This document shows positions 12,630-26,303 of a DNA stretch of 64,000 nt, piece after piece. Both the position numbers and the translations under genes were made by a program. This DNA comes from Mytilus edulis. Lineage: Eukaryota. The stretch spans positions 36,518,001-36,582,000 of the forward strand of contig NC_092355.1 in the NCBI RefSeq assembly GCF_963676685.1, read 5' to 3'. The notes beneath the pieces were generated by a model, which was given only the letters and a program-made list of their open reading frames with translations, was not told the DNA's origin and ran no database searches. The first letter of the stretch is position 1. Every line of letters starts with the position of its first letter.

Positions 12630-13266
12630 CTGAAACATTAGAATTTTATCATTGTTGATTTAATGATTTATTTTGGTATGCTCGAGGTCAACGGCCGACG
12701 GATAAATTTCAAAACCTGTCAGCTATTCTGTGTACATAGTTATCTATTCTGTGTAAACTAATCATTCAATCTTTCCTAATTCTTTTTAGAAATAAACAGG
12801 TTGATAGGTACTAATGCAGACAAGTAAATGATGATGTCTTTGGGTATGATGCTAAAACTATGCAAAAATTGACAGGTTTGCTATTAGAATATAAATGTAA
12901 AGCAGCATTTGTTTAATATTGTATCTTTCTTTAAAATTATCATCTAAACATTTATTTGCTTTCTTTTTGTTTTAGATGTGAACATCCTTAGTGTATGTAG
13001 GAATTACATACACCGGTAAAAAGCAGGTGTCTGTATATATATAAGAAGTGAAGACATACTACATGTTATTTGACTGTCCTTCACTACTGGTCTAGAGCAG
13101 ATAACAAATGCATAATATTATAACGAAATATGACAATATGACAACTTGCAGCGACAATGATCTATTTAACTATTAAGATGCACATGTATAAGTGAGGTTC
13201 ATATAAAATAGAAACATGGAGTTTACCTGGATGTTCTAATATTCAAGTTGAAATATAAGTACTTAC

Positions 13267-13296
13267 ATGGCGCTGAATGGTTGAATTTCTTCACGC
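13267..13296 (-). CDS. 30-nt phase-2/phase-2 exon (G-REEIQPFSA-I) of B-box gene 1
   Basis: Minus strand catttaag|GCGTGAAGAAATTCAACCATTCAGCGCCAT|gtaagt. Same length, splice sites and open frame in paralog 2 (52320-52349). Confidence 0.65.
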
Positions 13297-14737
13297 CTTA
13301 AATGATACATTATACAATTAAGTGATTTTTCTTTTTTTTTTCTTTACTTATTTAATTATATAAATATATGTATGTGTATTGTATGTAACAAAAAAGAAAG
13401 AAAACGTACTACAATCAATAATATCTAAGAGATTGCAAAATAAAACATAACTAACATGTCATAGATTGTTCAGTTCCGACTCACTAATCTTCTAGAAAAC
13501 TAACACAAAAAATTGAAATCTTAGGTTGTATTAACTCTTAAATACTTGAAGAAAAATATGTTCGAAATTTATCCAAACAAATTAGACCAATACGTCTAAT
13601 GTCTACTTTGCAATTACTTTATAGTTCGATGCTAATTTTATGCGGAAATGCCGACATGTATCTTAAACCGCATTTAATATCCACGAACAAACAGCTGCAG
13701 CAGGTAAGGCCCTAGAAGATTGACAATACAAAATATAAAATTGAGAATGGGAATTGGGAATGTGCCAAAGAGACAACAACCCTACCATAGAGCAGACAAC
13801 AGCAGAAGGTCCCTCTGGTATCTTTCGTGCCTCTTTTTTTTTTAACAAATACGTATTTTCTGAGTCCCAGATGTTCCTCGATTTTCTTTCTTAGACATTA
13901 AGAATCATCTCATTGTCATAGCAACTTTTTTATACATCGAGACTTACAATTGTCACAACGTCGATACCGAATTTGGTGTAACAATTAACATGATTAAAAA
14001 AAAACGAAAGGTTATGTATTTCAAATTAATAACATTGCATGTATCTTTCAATATTTTACGTTATATTGATTGGCGAACAGCAATTTCGTGGCCTTCTGAA
14101 ATTGAATTTTGTTACACAATGACATTTTTCAGTCATGATGACAAGAGGTCCCACAGGTAAATAAATAAAAACTTGATAGAAATCATGTTTTCATGATCCG
14201 TGCTAAAAAATGTAATTATAAGTATTGAATGCTTCTTTTTGTAATTCCATATGGTCGCAAAAGCGAGACCGTGCGCACATTTTTTTCAATGAAGAGCTTC
14301 TGCGCGCTTCATACAAAAACTACTTCGGTCAACGAATTTATACTTCAATGTAATTACAAAAAGAAGCATTTAATTCTGAAATAAATACTGTTCAAACAGT
14401 ACAGCATTTCAAACCTTCATATATATGTTACTTAAATACCTTTACCAATTCTCCTTATACATAAATAAATTGAATGTTTATTTTGTTCTTATTTGAGGAA
14501 TTTCAAGTGTTCAATTCATGTCTTCAACAATCGTACATTCTTAGTAGCATTGGTATTGATATGTATATATAATTTAGTAGGTATGCATATTAAATAGTGA
14601 ATCAATATAATGTACAATATCTAGTCAACTATAGAGATGAATGACTGAATAAAAGAATGTATTTGGTTGTGTGCCAATCTACAATAACTTTAACAGACAT
14701 GTTCACCATAACCCATAGCTAACAACATTATATTGTC

Positions 14738-15757
14738 CTGTCACAAATAAGATTGTTATGCTGAATGTTCTAAACGTTTTGTTTTGACACATCTTTATTC
14801 TATGAAAACTTCAGGATGTTATAGTCTAACTGCTTTATGTTGTGTTTATACATATGTATCTCCAGTCAAAATCATGGTACTTCATGGTATAGTTCATATG
14901 CGTGTCGCCGATCAATTAATACTCTCTTTAAGCATTCATTACGTCTCGTGCAAATGCCTTTAACTGTATGTTCATACACTTAATACATTATGTGCACACA
15001 ATTATTACGTTATGTGCAAACAACTTAAAGGTATTGTGCCAACATCGTTTACGTTATGTGCAAACACCTATTTCGTTATGTGTCAGTTTTCTCGTTTGAA
15101 TTGTTTTACATTGTCTTATCGGGGCCTTTTATATGCGGTATGGGCTTTGCTCATTGTTGAAGGCCGTACGGTGACCTATAGTTGTTAATTTCTGTGTCAT
15201 TTTGGTCTTTTGTGGATAGTTGTCTCATTGGCAATCATACCACATCTTCTTTTGTATACTATTTCATTATGTGCAAACACCTATTACGTTATGTGCCAAT
15301 GACGATTTCATTATGTGCTAACACCTATAACGTTATGTGCAAACACCTATTACGTTATGTATCACACCTATTTCATTATGTGCAAACACCTATTACGTTA
15401 TCTGCAAATACTTATTACATTATGTACAAACACCTATTACGTTATTTGCAAATTCCTATTAAATTATGTCCAAACAGATATTACGTTATATGCAAACACC
15501 AATTACGTTCTGGTAAACGCTGTTTGACACAGATTAGAATAAAAACGCATCAATGATATACGCTTTGAAAATTAAGAAAACTACAAGTTGGAGCTTTCTA
15601 AAAAGTTGTGGCTGCTTCGCTCCATCCTTATTTAAGGTAGTATGTGTGCATCGTTTTTTTGTTGATTTACTATTGGAAATGTGGTATTTTTAGATATTGA
15701 TTGATATAAAAATGTTTAGTTTTAAGGGGAAATTATGTTGTTTACTCTAAGAGTGTG
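14738..15757 (+). repeat. ~1-kb repeat with internal 22-bp minisatellite (ACACCTATTACGTTATGTGCAA)n; inverted partner at 27032-27839
   Basis: CTGTCACAAATAAGATTGTTATGC start; 22-mer array at ~14990-15510, interrupted by another repeat at ~15085-15255. Confidence 0.8.
15085..15255 (+). mobile_element. Interspersed repeat (CTCATTGTTGAAGGCCGTACGGTGACCTATAG family); also ~26810-26940, ~33160-33305, ~55560-55700, and reverse at ~22560-22665 and ~53770-54060
   Basis: Multiple diverged dispersed copies in the window. Confidence 0.65.
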
Positions 15758-17267
15758 ACATTGCGCATTGGTATTCGTGTCTCTTTGCGAATATGGCTGG
15801 TTATTCTTATTTAAGCTCTATTCATTTACAAGACATATCCATGTTCTGCATCCCAATCAAAAGGAAACAAACCAAAGAATTTAATAACATAGATGAGTTT
15901 TTGCTTTGTACATTATTTAATGAAAAACTTTGTTCATTTTGATGCCGATAACGTCATTTTAAGGGTGTCCCGCTGTTACAATTATTTGTGTGCTCGTCTT
16001 TGAAAACCAAGTATGGATCAATTGGATAGTCGAATGTAAAATAATTTTACAACTGTATTGTATACCTATAACGTAAAACGGCGTTATAAACATGTTTTAC
16101 TGTGAGGGAAGAAATATACATTTTTACTGCGAGGGAAGAAAAATCGTCAGAAGAGTTGCGTTGGGATAGGGAAGAGAACAAAAATGTCCCAATACGATGC
16201 TAAACTCGTACACAAACTTTCTGTCTTCGCTTTTATAAGATATAACGGATGAAAATGGATTTTAAAAATATCAGGAAATTTATACATGTTCTAACGAAGC
16301 TATTTGAAGTCATCATTAAGTAATTGCAGTCCTAGTTTTAAAACATCGTCAGTTTTCCCGTGTCCAATAAAATGTCCCGATGGACAAAATGACTCAAAGA
16401 ATAATTCAGAGGCTTTTTTTATAAACGAAATTCTATTATATATCAACTGTTTAAAAACTGTTATTTGATATGAATAGAAAATACATCTATTTTACTTTAC
16501 GATTAATATTATTTATTATTAAATAATACGATTAAAACAGCCCTAATACGGATAAATCGCCATGTGCAATACTGATAACGTTCCACTGTCGATATAAATC
16601 AAGAGCTCATATTGCTTTTCGAACAGGGCCAATACAGGACGTTTACTTCCGGTTTCAATTTTCCAACGCCATTACTTAACTTTGGGGATACATTTGTGTA
16701 ATCATAAAATAAAAAGGTTAAATGATGTGCAATGTTAACTTTTTTAACGTCTTGCAGTCTTGAAACGGAAATAATTCACAGCCTTTTCGAGTACGACTTT
16801 CTATTATTGACACTGCTGCATTTCCGTTAAGGTAAACAATCATCACATTCAAAACGCAGACGATCCAAGACAAAGTAAGAATAGTTAAACTGTCTGATTT
16901 ATTCTTCCCAGTTACTTTATATGTGCTACATAAAATGAATTGACGAGGAATCAGAAATTTCATCTGACAATGTTGACAAGAAATCCATGCATGATGATGG
17001 ACGTAAAAGCGAAAATCAGTGACGAGTTCAGATATGAAATGATTTCTGTATCCTCTTTACGGTAGGTCCTATATTTATTCTTATCGAAAAAATATGAATC
17101 TTACAAATGTGACAGTTCATACAAATTTGTCTTTTGAAATATTGACCGCTGATCACATTATGACACATATCAATGACATACATGTAACTCTGTAAGCTGG
17201 ATTCAAAGCAAGTCAGTATTTAAAAAATCATTGGCCCTGTAAACATACATTGTGAACAGATCATAAA

Positions 17268-17392
17268 TCATGTTATGGAGTGGTATTTGCGAAAAATACC
17301 AGTCAAGGGGCTGTGAATTTCCCTAGCCAACAAGGCGATGGAAATCGGTCCCAAGTTTCGTATTTTTCGCAAATACCACTCCACAACATGAT
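17268..17392. repeat. Imperfect inverted repeat (~32-bp arms)
   Basis: TCATGTTATGGAGTGGTATTTGCGAAAAATAC ... GTATTTTTCGCAAATACCACTCCACAACATGA. Confidence 0.8.
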
Positions 17393-17995
17393 ATATCTGT
17401 TTAATTACACCAAATAGTTAAGGACTAAAATTCTCTGTACAGGTGAAGTTGATTTTTTTCTTTTACTTGTAAGGTGTAATTCATAAACATGTTTATGCAT
17501 AATTTTGAGGATAAATAAGTGGATATTATCATAGAACCGTAGGAATTATGCATGTACTAATACGTGTTAGCTCTCTTTTTTATGTAACGTCACATCCGAA
17601 ACAAATTGGCGGAAATATGCCCGGGAGGGTAAAAAAGGAATATCCAAAATGACAAATAACATTGGTACATGTACATGTATTTGAGGCATATTCACCGGAA
17701 GTGGTGAAAAACAGGCAATTTGGTTTGAAATGAGGAAAAAATGTTAGAATATGCCAAAAATACACTGACTACCAAAGGTTGAACCAATCAAATTCTGGCA
17801 TTCTTATATTATGTGTAATTATGCATGTAATTCAGGATTCATTGCCAGTCCGTATTGGAAATATTGGCCCTATATTCACATCAGTGCCAGTCCGTATTGG
17901 AAATATTGGCCCTATATTCACATTTGATGTATGTAATACAGCATTCAGAACAAGTCTGTATTGAAAACGTTGGATTATTTAATAAAAGTGTTATG

Positions 17996-18125
17996 AACTG
18001 GCTGTTTCTGTATTGGCACTGGTATAGATTCTCGGTCAGCTGTATTGGCCCTCGACCCCGTAGGGTCGAGGGCCAATACAGCTGACCGAGAATCTATACC
18101 AGTGCCAATACAGAAACAGCCAGTT
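17996..18125. repeat. Perfect palindrome with 63-bp arms and a 4-nt loop
   Basis: 17996-18058 is the exact reverse complement of 18063-18125; loop CGTA. Confidence 0.95.
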
Positions 18126-18845
18126 AATAACACTATATTATTTACAGTGCTTACATAGCGCTTATCTAAATAAACATTTACTTTAAGCGCTTTACAGTGC
18201 ATAAAAACAATGATACAAGTACATATATATATATAAATAAACACAATTAACAAAAAATGATATGATATGTACTGTTGTTTGAGGTGCATATAGAAAATTT
18301 TAAACAATCTAAGATGTCCAATGATATGTCCCCATAATCGTAACTTTGCGTTCGCGTTATGATAACGCTAAATTGCATATGACTTTTCATGCATATCTGC
18401 ATTGAATGATTTCATGAAATGATCTGATCTAAAAAAAAACAAAAAAACTTATATATTTCTGAAATATAGATCTGCATTGTATCAAAGATTTAGGATGTCG
18501 AATTATTAAATGCGGATGCATCATAAAACATAATAAAGACAAACTCCGGGGTCATAAAAACGATAAGTTTACATATGATCACTCTCGTTTAAAAAAAAGC
18601 TAGATTTGAAACTGGAAATGCGATTAAAAGAAAGTTCATCGTTTAAATTCCTTATAGTCGGATTATAAACGATTCCAAATCAAACTATATACACACTCCC
18701 TTATGCCTAGCGTTGCTATTAAAAGAATCGAAGCTAAGACTACAAAATCTAATGAGAAAAAAAGTACTTCTTGATCATGTTGATTATGAACATTTCAGTA
18801 AATGTGCAATCTTTTTTTTTTTTTTTTATCTTAGCAACTCATTAA

Positions 18846-21087
18846 AGGTGTAATACCACCAAATCATGGTACGTCACATCCGGTTGCATACGAAAGTAGG
18901 CCTAAAAAAATATTCCCTTGAATTTGACAGTTGTAGAAAATTAACCCTGCATTTCAATGCACTTAAATTTTTCTGAGTCGTAAATATGTATGTTGGATGT
19001 CTGAAAGCATCATTCTTTTTTTATTTGATGGTCTTATAAAATATTTTGGAACGTTAAGGTTACGTAGTTACCAAAGCAGGTAACATGTAAATAACTGTGT
19101 AAAAATTGGGTTGTTTACTTCCGGCGATGATTATTTTCTTATATGCAATGAAATGTAGTGTGAAATTTTCACTGTATCACTGGAAAGGATTAAACTTTAC
19201 ACATGCAAAGTATTTTTTTGGTTGAAATAAAGGTAAATACTGTACAATTTTTTTAAAAGTGCCAATTTAACAAAGACTAATAGGGAAAAATCAATGGTGG
19301 TATTACACCTATTTAGGGAAACTACATATGCACTCGTGACCTTATTGTACTTTCATTTTTAAAAGTTATTAATAAACCAGTTCATACATTGTAAACATGG
19401 ACTATTCGGAATGGATTTAGACACAGAGAGCACGTTCGAGGTAAAATTGCATTGAAATGAGGGTTTACGGGTGTTTTCTAAGTCAAATGAGTGGACAGAC
19501 AAAGCTGTATTTAGTTTACTGTGTTAAATTTTAAATTACCCTGACAGATTTGTTTATACAACATGTGATTGTTTTTATTTCAGTGTTAACCATGTTCTGA
19601 AGAGCATTCTGTTGAAAAATCTCATATGTGAATTGGTCTGCAGATGACACTTCAGCATTAAAGTAAGTATCAACTATCATCATGTTTTTTTGGGTTTTTT
19701 TTGGCCGCAAAAGTTTACAATTTGCCATTGTGCCGTCTACATTTTGCACAGACAATAAATCATCTAAACACTTATTTGCCCTGGATTGATACACATCAGA
19801 ATCCAGTCTCACATACTTAAACTTTATAATTCTTACCAATTATTTTTTGTACCAGCATTCCAAGGGACATAACCCTTTTTAAAAACAATTTGAGGTATTT
19901 TTTTATTACTCTTTCTCCCCATTTTCTAATGTAAAATACAAGAAAGTGGACTCTTTGTGTAAATCTATTAGAAATATACTGTTATGAGTAAATAAAAAGA
20001 CTTTGATACCAGTAACAATAAATGATTGACTGAAAGGGAACCGTTATTTGTCACACTAGGCGAACAGACCAAAAACTTGAGTTACACATAAGGACTTATA
20101 GAAACTTCCATGTAGACTGTTAACATTTATAGAGACAGTTCTTTCAGCTAAAACACTTTAATTATTGATTTAACATTACATTTATTTCATTTTTGTGGGG
20201 AAATAATCACATTTGTTTTAATTTTTAGACAAAAGATATTAAGTTTTGATGAAAAAGGAAGGAAGGAGGGAAAAATGGACCAAAACAGACCAAAACAGAC
20301 CTTCAAATGAACTCTAAAAGGTGCAATAAAATTGTTTATCATCTTAAAGTTGTCTTTTGTATTCTATATAATTGTTTGAATGCATAGATCATGAGTTTAT
20401 GATCAGATATTAGTCAACACTGCATTTTATAATAATACACTGAAATTAGGATTTTTCGAAGAAATTAGACTGAAATTGCCGTAGGATATGGCCTTACATT
20501 ATAGTGATTTTCTCTGAAACTATAGCTCTGACTGAGACAAAACTTGACAGTTATGCTTGAAATAACTTGCAATTGGAGGGGAAAAAATTACATTAAGTTT
20601 ATTTGACATTTAGGTGTTCTTTAGGTGTAATACCACCAAATCATGGTACGTCACATCCGGTTGCATACGAAAGTAGGCCTAAAAAAATATTCCCTTGAAT
20701 TTGACAGTTGTAGAAAATTAACCCTGCATTTCAATGCACTTAAATGTTTCTGAGTCGTAAATATGTATGTTGGATGTCTGAAAGCATCATTCTTTTTTTA
20801 TTTGATGGTCTTATAAAATATTTTGGAACGTTAAGGTTACGTAGTTACCAAAGCAGGTAACATGTAAATAACTGTGTAAAAATTGGGTTGTTTACTTCCG
20901 GCGATGATTATTTTCTTATATGCAATGAAATGTAGTGTGAAATTTTCACTGTATCACTGGAAAGGATTAAACTTTACACATGCAAAGTATTTCTTTGGTT
21001 GAAATAAAGGTAAATACTGTACAATTTTTTTAAAAGTGCCAATTTAACAAAGACTAATAGGGAAAAATCAATGGTGGTATTACACCT
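18846..21087 (-). mobile_element. KolobokP-like element with long terminal direct repeats, internally deleted
   Basis: Two near-identical 465-bp direct repeats (18846-19310 and 20623-21087), each bounded by AGGTGTAATACCACCA..TGGTGGTATTACACCT. TTAA at 18842-18845 and 21090-21093. Minus-strand coding remnant in the interior (MGRKSNKKIPQIVFKKGYVPWNAG..YVRL..LLRP..H..C.GNL.F). Confidence 0.72.
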
Positions 21088-24000
21088 ATTTAAACAAAAC
21101 GTTTTACCCGAGAAATACTCGTATCTCATCAATAGTTCATCTATAAAAGAGAAGATGTGTATTATTTCAAATGGGACAACTCTCCTCCAAAAACAAAAAG
21201 GTCACCTAACGGCCTTTAACAATGAGCAAAGTATAGCTTACGATAATTTGTTTATCTACTGATCTACTGTGAGTAGAACAATCTCTATAAAGTAATATAT
21301 ACCTAGCAACATGTGTGTGAAAAAGATAATAACTTTTAGAAATAATGTGGTAAAATTGAGTTCATTTTCTCAAATAAAATTGCCTTTTATATATGCATGC
21401 GATGAGACTAGTATGCTAAACTTGACTTTTACATTAATCTGAGAGAGAAAGAACGAAAGAAAGAAAGAAAGAGTGTTAGTAGGTGTCCGACAAATATATT
21501 GGATTGCACACAACCATATAGCAGACTTCTGTGTATTCATTTACAGACACTCCAAACTCTTTCGAACAAAGGACCCCTTGCACTGGACTCATCTTCCAAA
21601 TTTCTTTATTTCAATATCTTTTAAAAGTATATACTTTGTGGGTAGTTTATTATTTTTTACATGAATTACTAATTTACAAAAGAAAGAGAGAGAGAACTCA
21701 AATTCTAATAGATAGGCTAAATTCAATCCGCTGTGCAAATGAATTAAAAACTGTTTTTAGAGACAACTTAAGGGAAAACAAAAATGTGGTTTCATATCAC
21801 TGGTTGTCTTTTACACGTTGAATCTATATATGAAATGCACTACATAGGGACCACTTAATGGTCTCATAACACAAGTTTTTGCTAAATGCAGGTGTTTTTT
21901 TTTCAGCAGGTTTAAATGCATAGATTTCAAATTGAGATCAAGTGTTCTTTAGGATGTCGTCATGATGTTAGTCTGTCAGGTAGATATTGGTCTATGTAAA
22001 CCGAGTTTTTCATTCTTGAAATGGCCGTATTCTTTAATGTCAATCATATTATAAAAAAATATGGATCACCTACCCTTGTTTAAGCTTTAGTTTGTGAAAA
22101 AATGTCTGAGGAAAATAAAGCTCGTTAAACATGTTTTCCGAAAACAAAAAACACTACGGAATCACCGTTCTCGTTTTCTTAATAAATCACAAAGTACATC
22201 AAATTATTGTAATTGTCATAGGTCAGATGATTTGGCCGTATGATTGCCAAAGACCATATGACATATAAGTTAGCAGTGAATTTCTAAAGGTCATTGTATG
22301 GTCTTTAACAATGAGCAAAACCTATACAAAATTTGTAAATCAATTTTTGAAATTAATTGCCCAATAAAACAATCCCGATTTAAAAATAGTAATCAATGAA
22401 AACATGTTGTTAAAAGTAAAATATTAGACCCTGACCAATCTTAAAATATTGAAAGTTGACAACGGCAGTATAAGAGCATGTCACAGTATTTCTTTTTCAA
22501 ACTTGATAGATAAACAACTATCCATTCAAATCACAATTTGTAAAAGTAAACAAGTATATTTCTAAGTACGGCCTTCAACACGGAGACTAGACTCACATTG
22601 AACAGCAAGCTATAAAGGGTCCCAAAATGACTAGTGTAAAGCAATTCAAACAGGAAAACCAACTGCTGATGCACAATTTACAAAGTTTTTCGTTAGGGAT
22701 TTTATATTAAAAAAAATACAATGTTAACACTATCCTTACAATCGTAATTGATGTTATGATTGTGGACTTATGTGAGAATTACAGTGTAATTGATAAAATA
22801 AATAATATGAATTATAATACTACTAGACTTTAAAAAAAAAGAATGCTACATGTTAAAAACAAAATGCAACCGCATTTCTTTACTGTTCTCTTTCATCTCC
22901 ATCAACTGGGTCATTGGATAGGTCGCCATAACTTGCATACATATTTATTCCATATGGTTTTTGAAGGCGCCGAATAAACCTTCTCAATTATAGACTTTTG
23001 TCGATGTCAGTACGTTGTGCCTGTTAAGACTATATTGACCGAGGAAGAAGATATTTTCCCGCTAACTTTTATCTTGTACTTTTTTAAATTAACAGGAAGT
23101 TTTGGCAAAATTAGGTCCCGAGCAACCCCCCCCCCCCTTTTCTTAATCAAATTGCATATAAAAACAAAAAATGTAGCTCTACCTTTTTAAAAATTCTGGT
23201 TCCGCCATTTTAGTAAACTGGGAGTTAGCTGGTAAATGTGTTTATGGAGCTCACACGGATGAACAAGAGGGTTCCGAAAATTTAAGAAAATTTCAAAAGT
23301 ATAACAAGTGAACATTCTTAACTTTTAATCAGTAACATGAAATTGACAGAAGAATTTAAGCTTTCACTTTCGTATTAAAATCTGTCCTAGTTTTTTTTTT
23401 TCGTTATATAGGTGTTTTTTTTTTAAAGAATTTTGCTTAAAAATGTTACGTCGATCTCAATGCGAACAAGAATTCATCAATATAAGAGGGATTCCGCACT
23501 TTGAGGATACTTTGGATTGAATCATATGTACTACATGCCTATCTTGCTGTTAATATATATTGTTCACGCTTTAACGGCAGCCGTGAAAAGAGGGAACGAT
23601 ATTTCTAAAAATGGCAATATTTGTCAAAACAATGTATATTTTAGAATGATAACATATAGATCCAATAGAATATATTTGTATGACATTTTGATATTTCTAG
23701 AGATAAGATTTCTCAGATGTCCAGCAAATCCCTTTTATGAACATTTAGCATAATTGTGTATTTAGCTATATTTATTGAACCATTCGCGTTCATAACTAAG
23801 AGCATCAAAGTTAACAGTAATACCGTATCCCGAAATAATATACATTGAATTTATGACTCAACCATTCGGAAAATAAGTATATGTTTCTCATTGATCATGT
23901 TGATGCGACGATATTCGTTGAAATTTTAAACAAAAAGATAAATTCATATCAACAACTGTGGAATGCTAAATTGATTATAAATATGATATATACATGTATA

Positions 24001-24660
24001 TATATATATATAATGTATGTACTTTGTCGGAAAACATTAAATTTATTTGTACGAGCTTTAGAAACAGGACTAAAAGTGAGGCATGCCGATATGTCTCCTG
24101 TTTCGCAGCGACTACAAATACATTTTAGATTTCCAACAATGTACATGTACTGTTTTTATCCTGTAATTCACCCTTCGAAATTGAGCATAAATCGTTTAAA
24201 TCCAATTCATTGTATCTGGTGTTTTTTTTTTTTAAATGAAACGCGGACCACGAAGAGGACCCAAAAATGAACTGTTACACAGAAAGAAATTTCCATATTA
24301 CCAATTGCTCAACATGGAAGCGGGTAACTGGAGACTTTATTTACAAATAATCAAAAAAATATCTGTATCATTCTTGATGACAGGTTTTGGATACGACTCA
24401 CAGTTACTAGGCCAAAAACAGATAAATCGAAGTCATTACCTAGAGTTTGCGGGCTTTAATTGCCAGTATGGCCAGTGAATGTGACCCAAAGCTGATCAAG
24501 CTTTTATTTAGAAGGAATATGTGTATGCGTCCTTTTTGTGGATTACAGGATAAATGCAGTTTTTAATATGTCAAAAAAGTTTTAAGAGAAAATGCAACTT
24601 TTTGATTTACCCTCTACCTGTCTTGTACATTTTAATCAATGAAAAAAAAAATCGGACCAA

Positions 24661-25174
24661 AGGAGTAGGTCCGGTAAAGACTGATTTTTGCCTCAAATTT
24701 CAGGTTCATCTGACGAAAGATTTTGACCACTTTTAAACACTTAAGTGTCTATTTTATTTGATTCTATTAATTTATGTGAAAGATTTTCACTGATTTTGTA
24801 ATTAAAAACGATCCGATTCAAGCTCAAATATGAAAAATCTACCAAATATGCCGAAAAATGACCCGTGTTCATCTTCAACCTTTATATATGTTATGTATTA
24901 TCATCAAATACAACTTACATTTTAATATTAAGGATGAACACGAAAAACCGTCTAAAATTATACTAAAATGCTAGAATTGTGAAGATTTCAGTGATTTAGC
25001 ATGCTTTTATGGTGCTAGTTCCCAATATATTTGCCATGTATTGTCAAAAACAGCCCATATGTATGTAGCAGAAGTACTCTGCTGTCCAAAAAATAACTAA
25101 AAGTTTACATATTAACAATTTTGTAAAACTGCTATATTTTGGGGCCAAAAAGGTGTCTTACCGGACCCTCTCCT
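24661..25174. mobile_element. ~514-bp MITE, Kolobok-like termini
   Basis: TIR AGGAGTAGGTCCGGTAA(A)GAC / GTCTTACCGGACCCTCTCCT; right flank TTGA. Confidence 0.65.
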
Positions 25175-25336
25175 TTGAGGTAGAGCCAACTTTCCCTAAT
25201 ATTTATGTCACAGAAGGGCCAGTTTAATATGTGCCGAACGAATAGAATTTATGATAAAGACAAGAAATACAAATATTTTTATGTCAATATCTCGATTTTT
25301 ATATAATATGATATGTCAGGAACATAGTTGATTACC

Positions 25337-25373
<37 letters not shown>

Positions 25374-26009
25374 AAAAACAACAAAGGATGAAAGAATGAC
25401 TGTAGGTAAACCATTAAAGAAAGGGTTGACTCTGTATCACAACAATGTGTGCACTTGGTACAATTCCATGCAGAAAATACGTTAACGTGTTTGTTACACA
25501 AGCCGTTCTAGTACAAACTGGTATAAGCTGTTGTCTGGTACATATAGACGGAACAGTGTAAAGATTGATTGTTTGTTGGATGCTTTACGCAGCATTAGCA
25601 CAACAAGGCTATATCGCGGTAAGAGCTAACTCGAATATTTTCTTTACAATTTAAAGCATATTCTATAATCAGACAAAAGGTCAATAAACTTAAATTCTAG
25701 ATTACAGCAAATTGATTTTGAAGATAACGTGATCAAAATTAAAATCGTTTCAGATATAATTTTAATATTTTATACATGTTATAATATATTCAAACTTCTT
25801 TTAAGAATGAAATAGTGTAAATATATAGATACATCCAGATTGAGGAAAACAACATCCCAAATTAAATGCGTCTGATATTTCTGGCTTCTTGTCATTAAAA
25901 CAAGAAACAAGAGACCGTTCTTGAAACAGATTAGCTGATGATTTATATCGGATAATTAGATAATTTGATGTGTATTGTATTTATATATAATTATATTGAA
26001 ACACCATTT

Positions 26010-26303
26010 GCATGCGCCACTTGCGCATGGGTATTTGGTTTTCTATGCATGAGTTATGTATTCGTTTGTCGGTCTGTTCGTCCGTCCGTCCGTCCGTTTC
26101 AGCTTAAAATTTTTGTTTAAGGTAATTTTTGATGAAGTTGAAGTCCACCCAACTTTAAAATAAGTACACATGATCCCTATGGTATGATCTTTCTAATGTT
26201 AATGCCAAATTACTAATTTTACTCCAATTTCACAATTCAGTAAACTTAGAAAATAAAAGTACGAATGGGGCATCCGTGTACTATGGACATGTACATTCTT
26301 GTT
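26010..26303. mobile_element. Single-monomer, opposite-orientation member of the same HINE-like family
   Basis: (GTCC)n microsatellite, one diverged monomer, and end GGGGCATCCGTGTA..ACATTCTTGTT, which is the reverse complement of 28531-28563. Confidence 0.7.

Noticed and set aside
13267-13272. 6-nt microexon (ttcag|CGCCAT|gtaagt)
   Set aside because: That AG is not conserved in paralog 2 (CGG); the 30-nt version is conserved in both.
15182-15556. Repetitive ORFs (CKHLLRY / TPITLCAN), also 27155-27394
   Set aside because: Translations of the 22-bp minisatellite.
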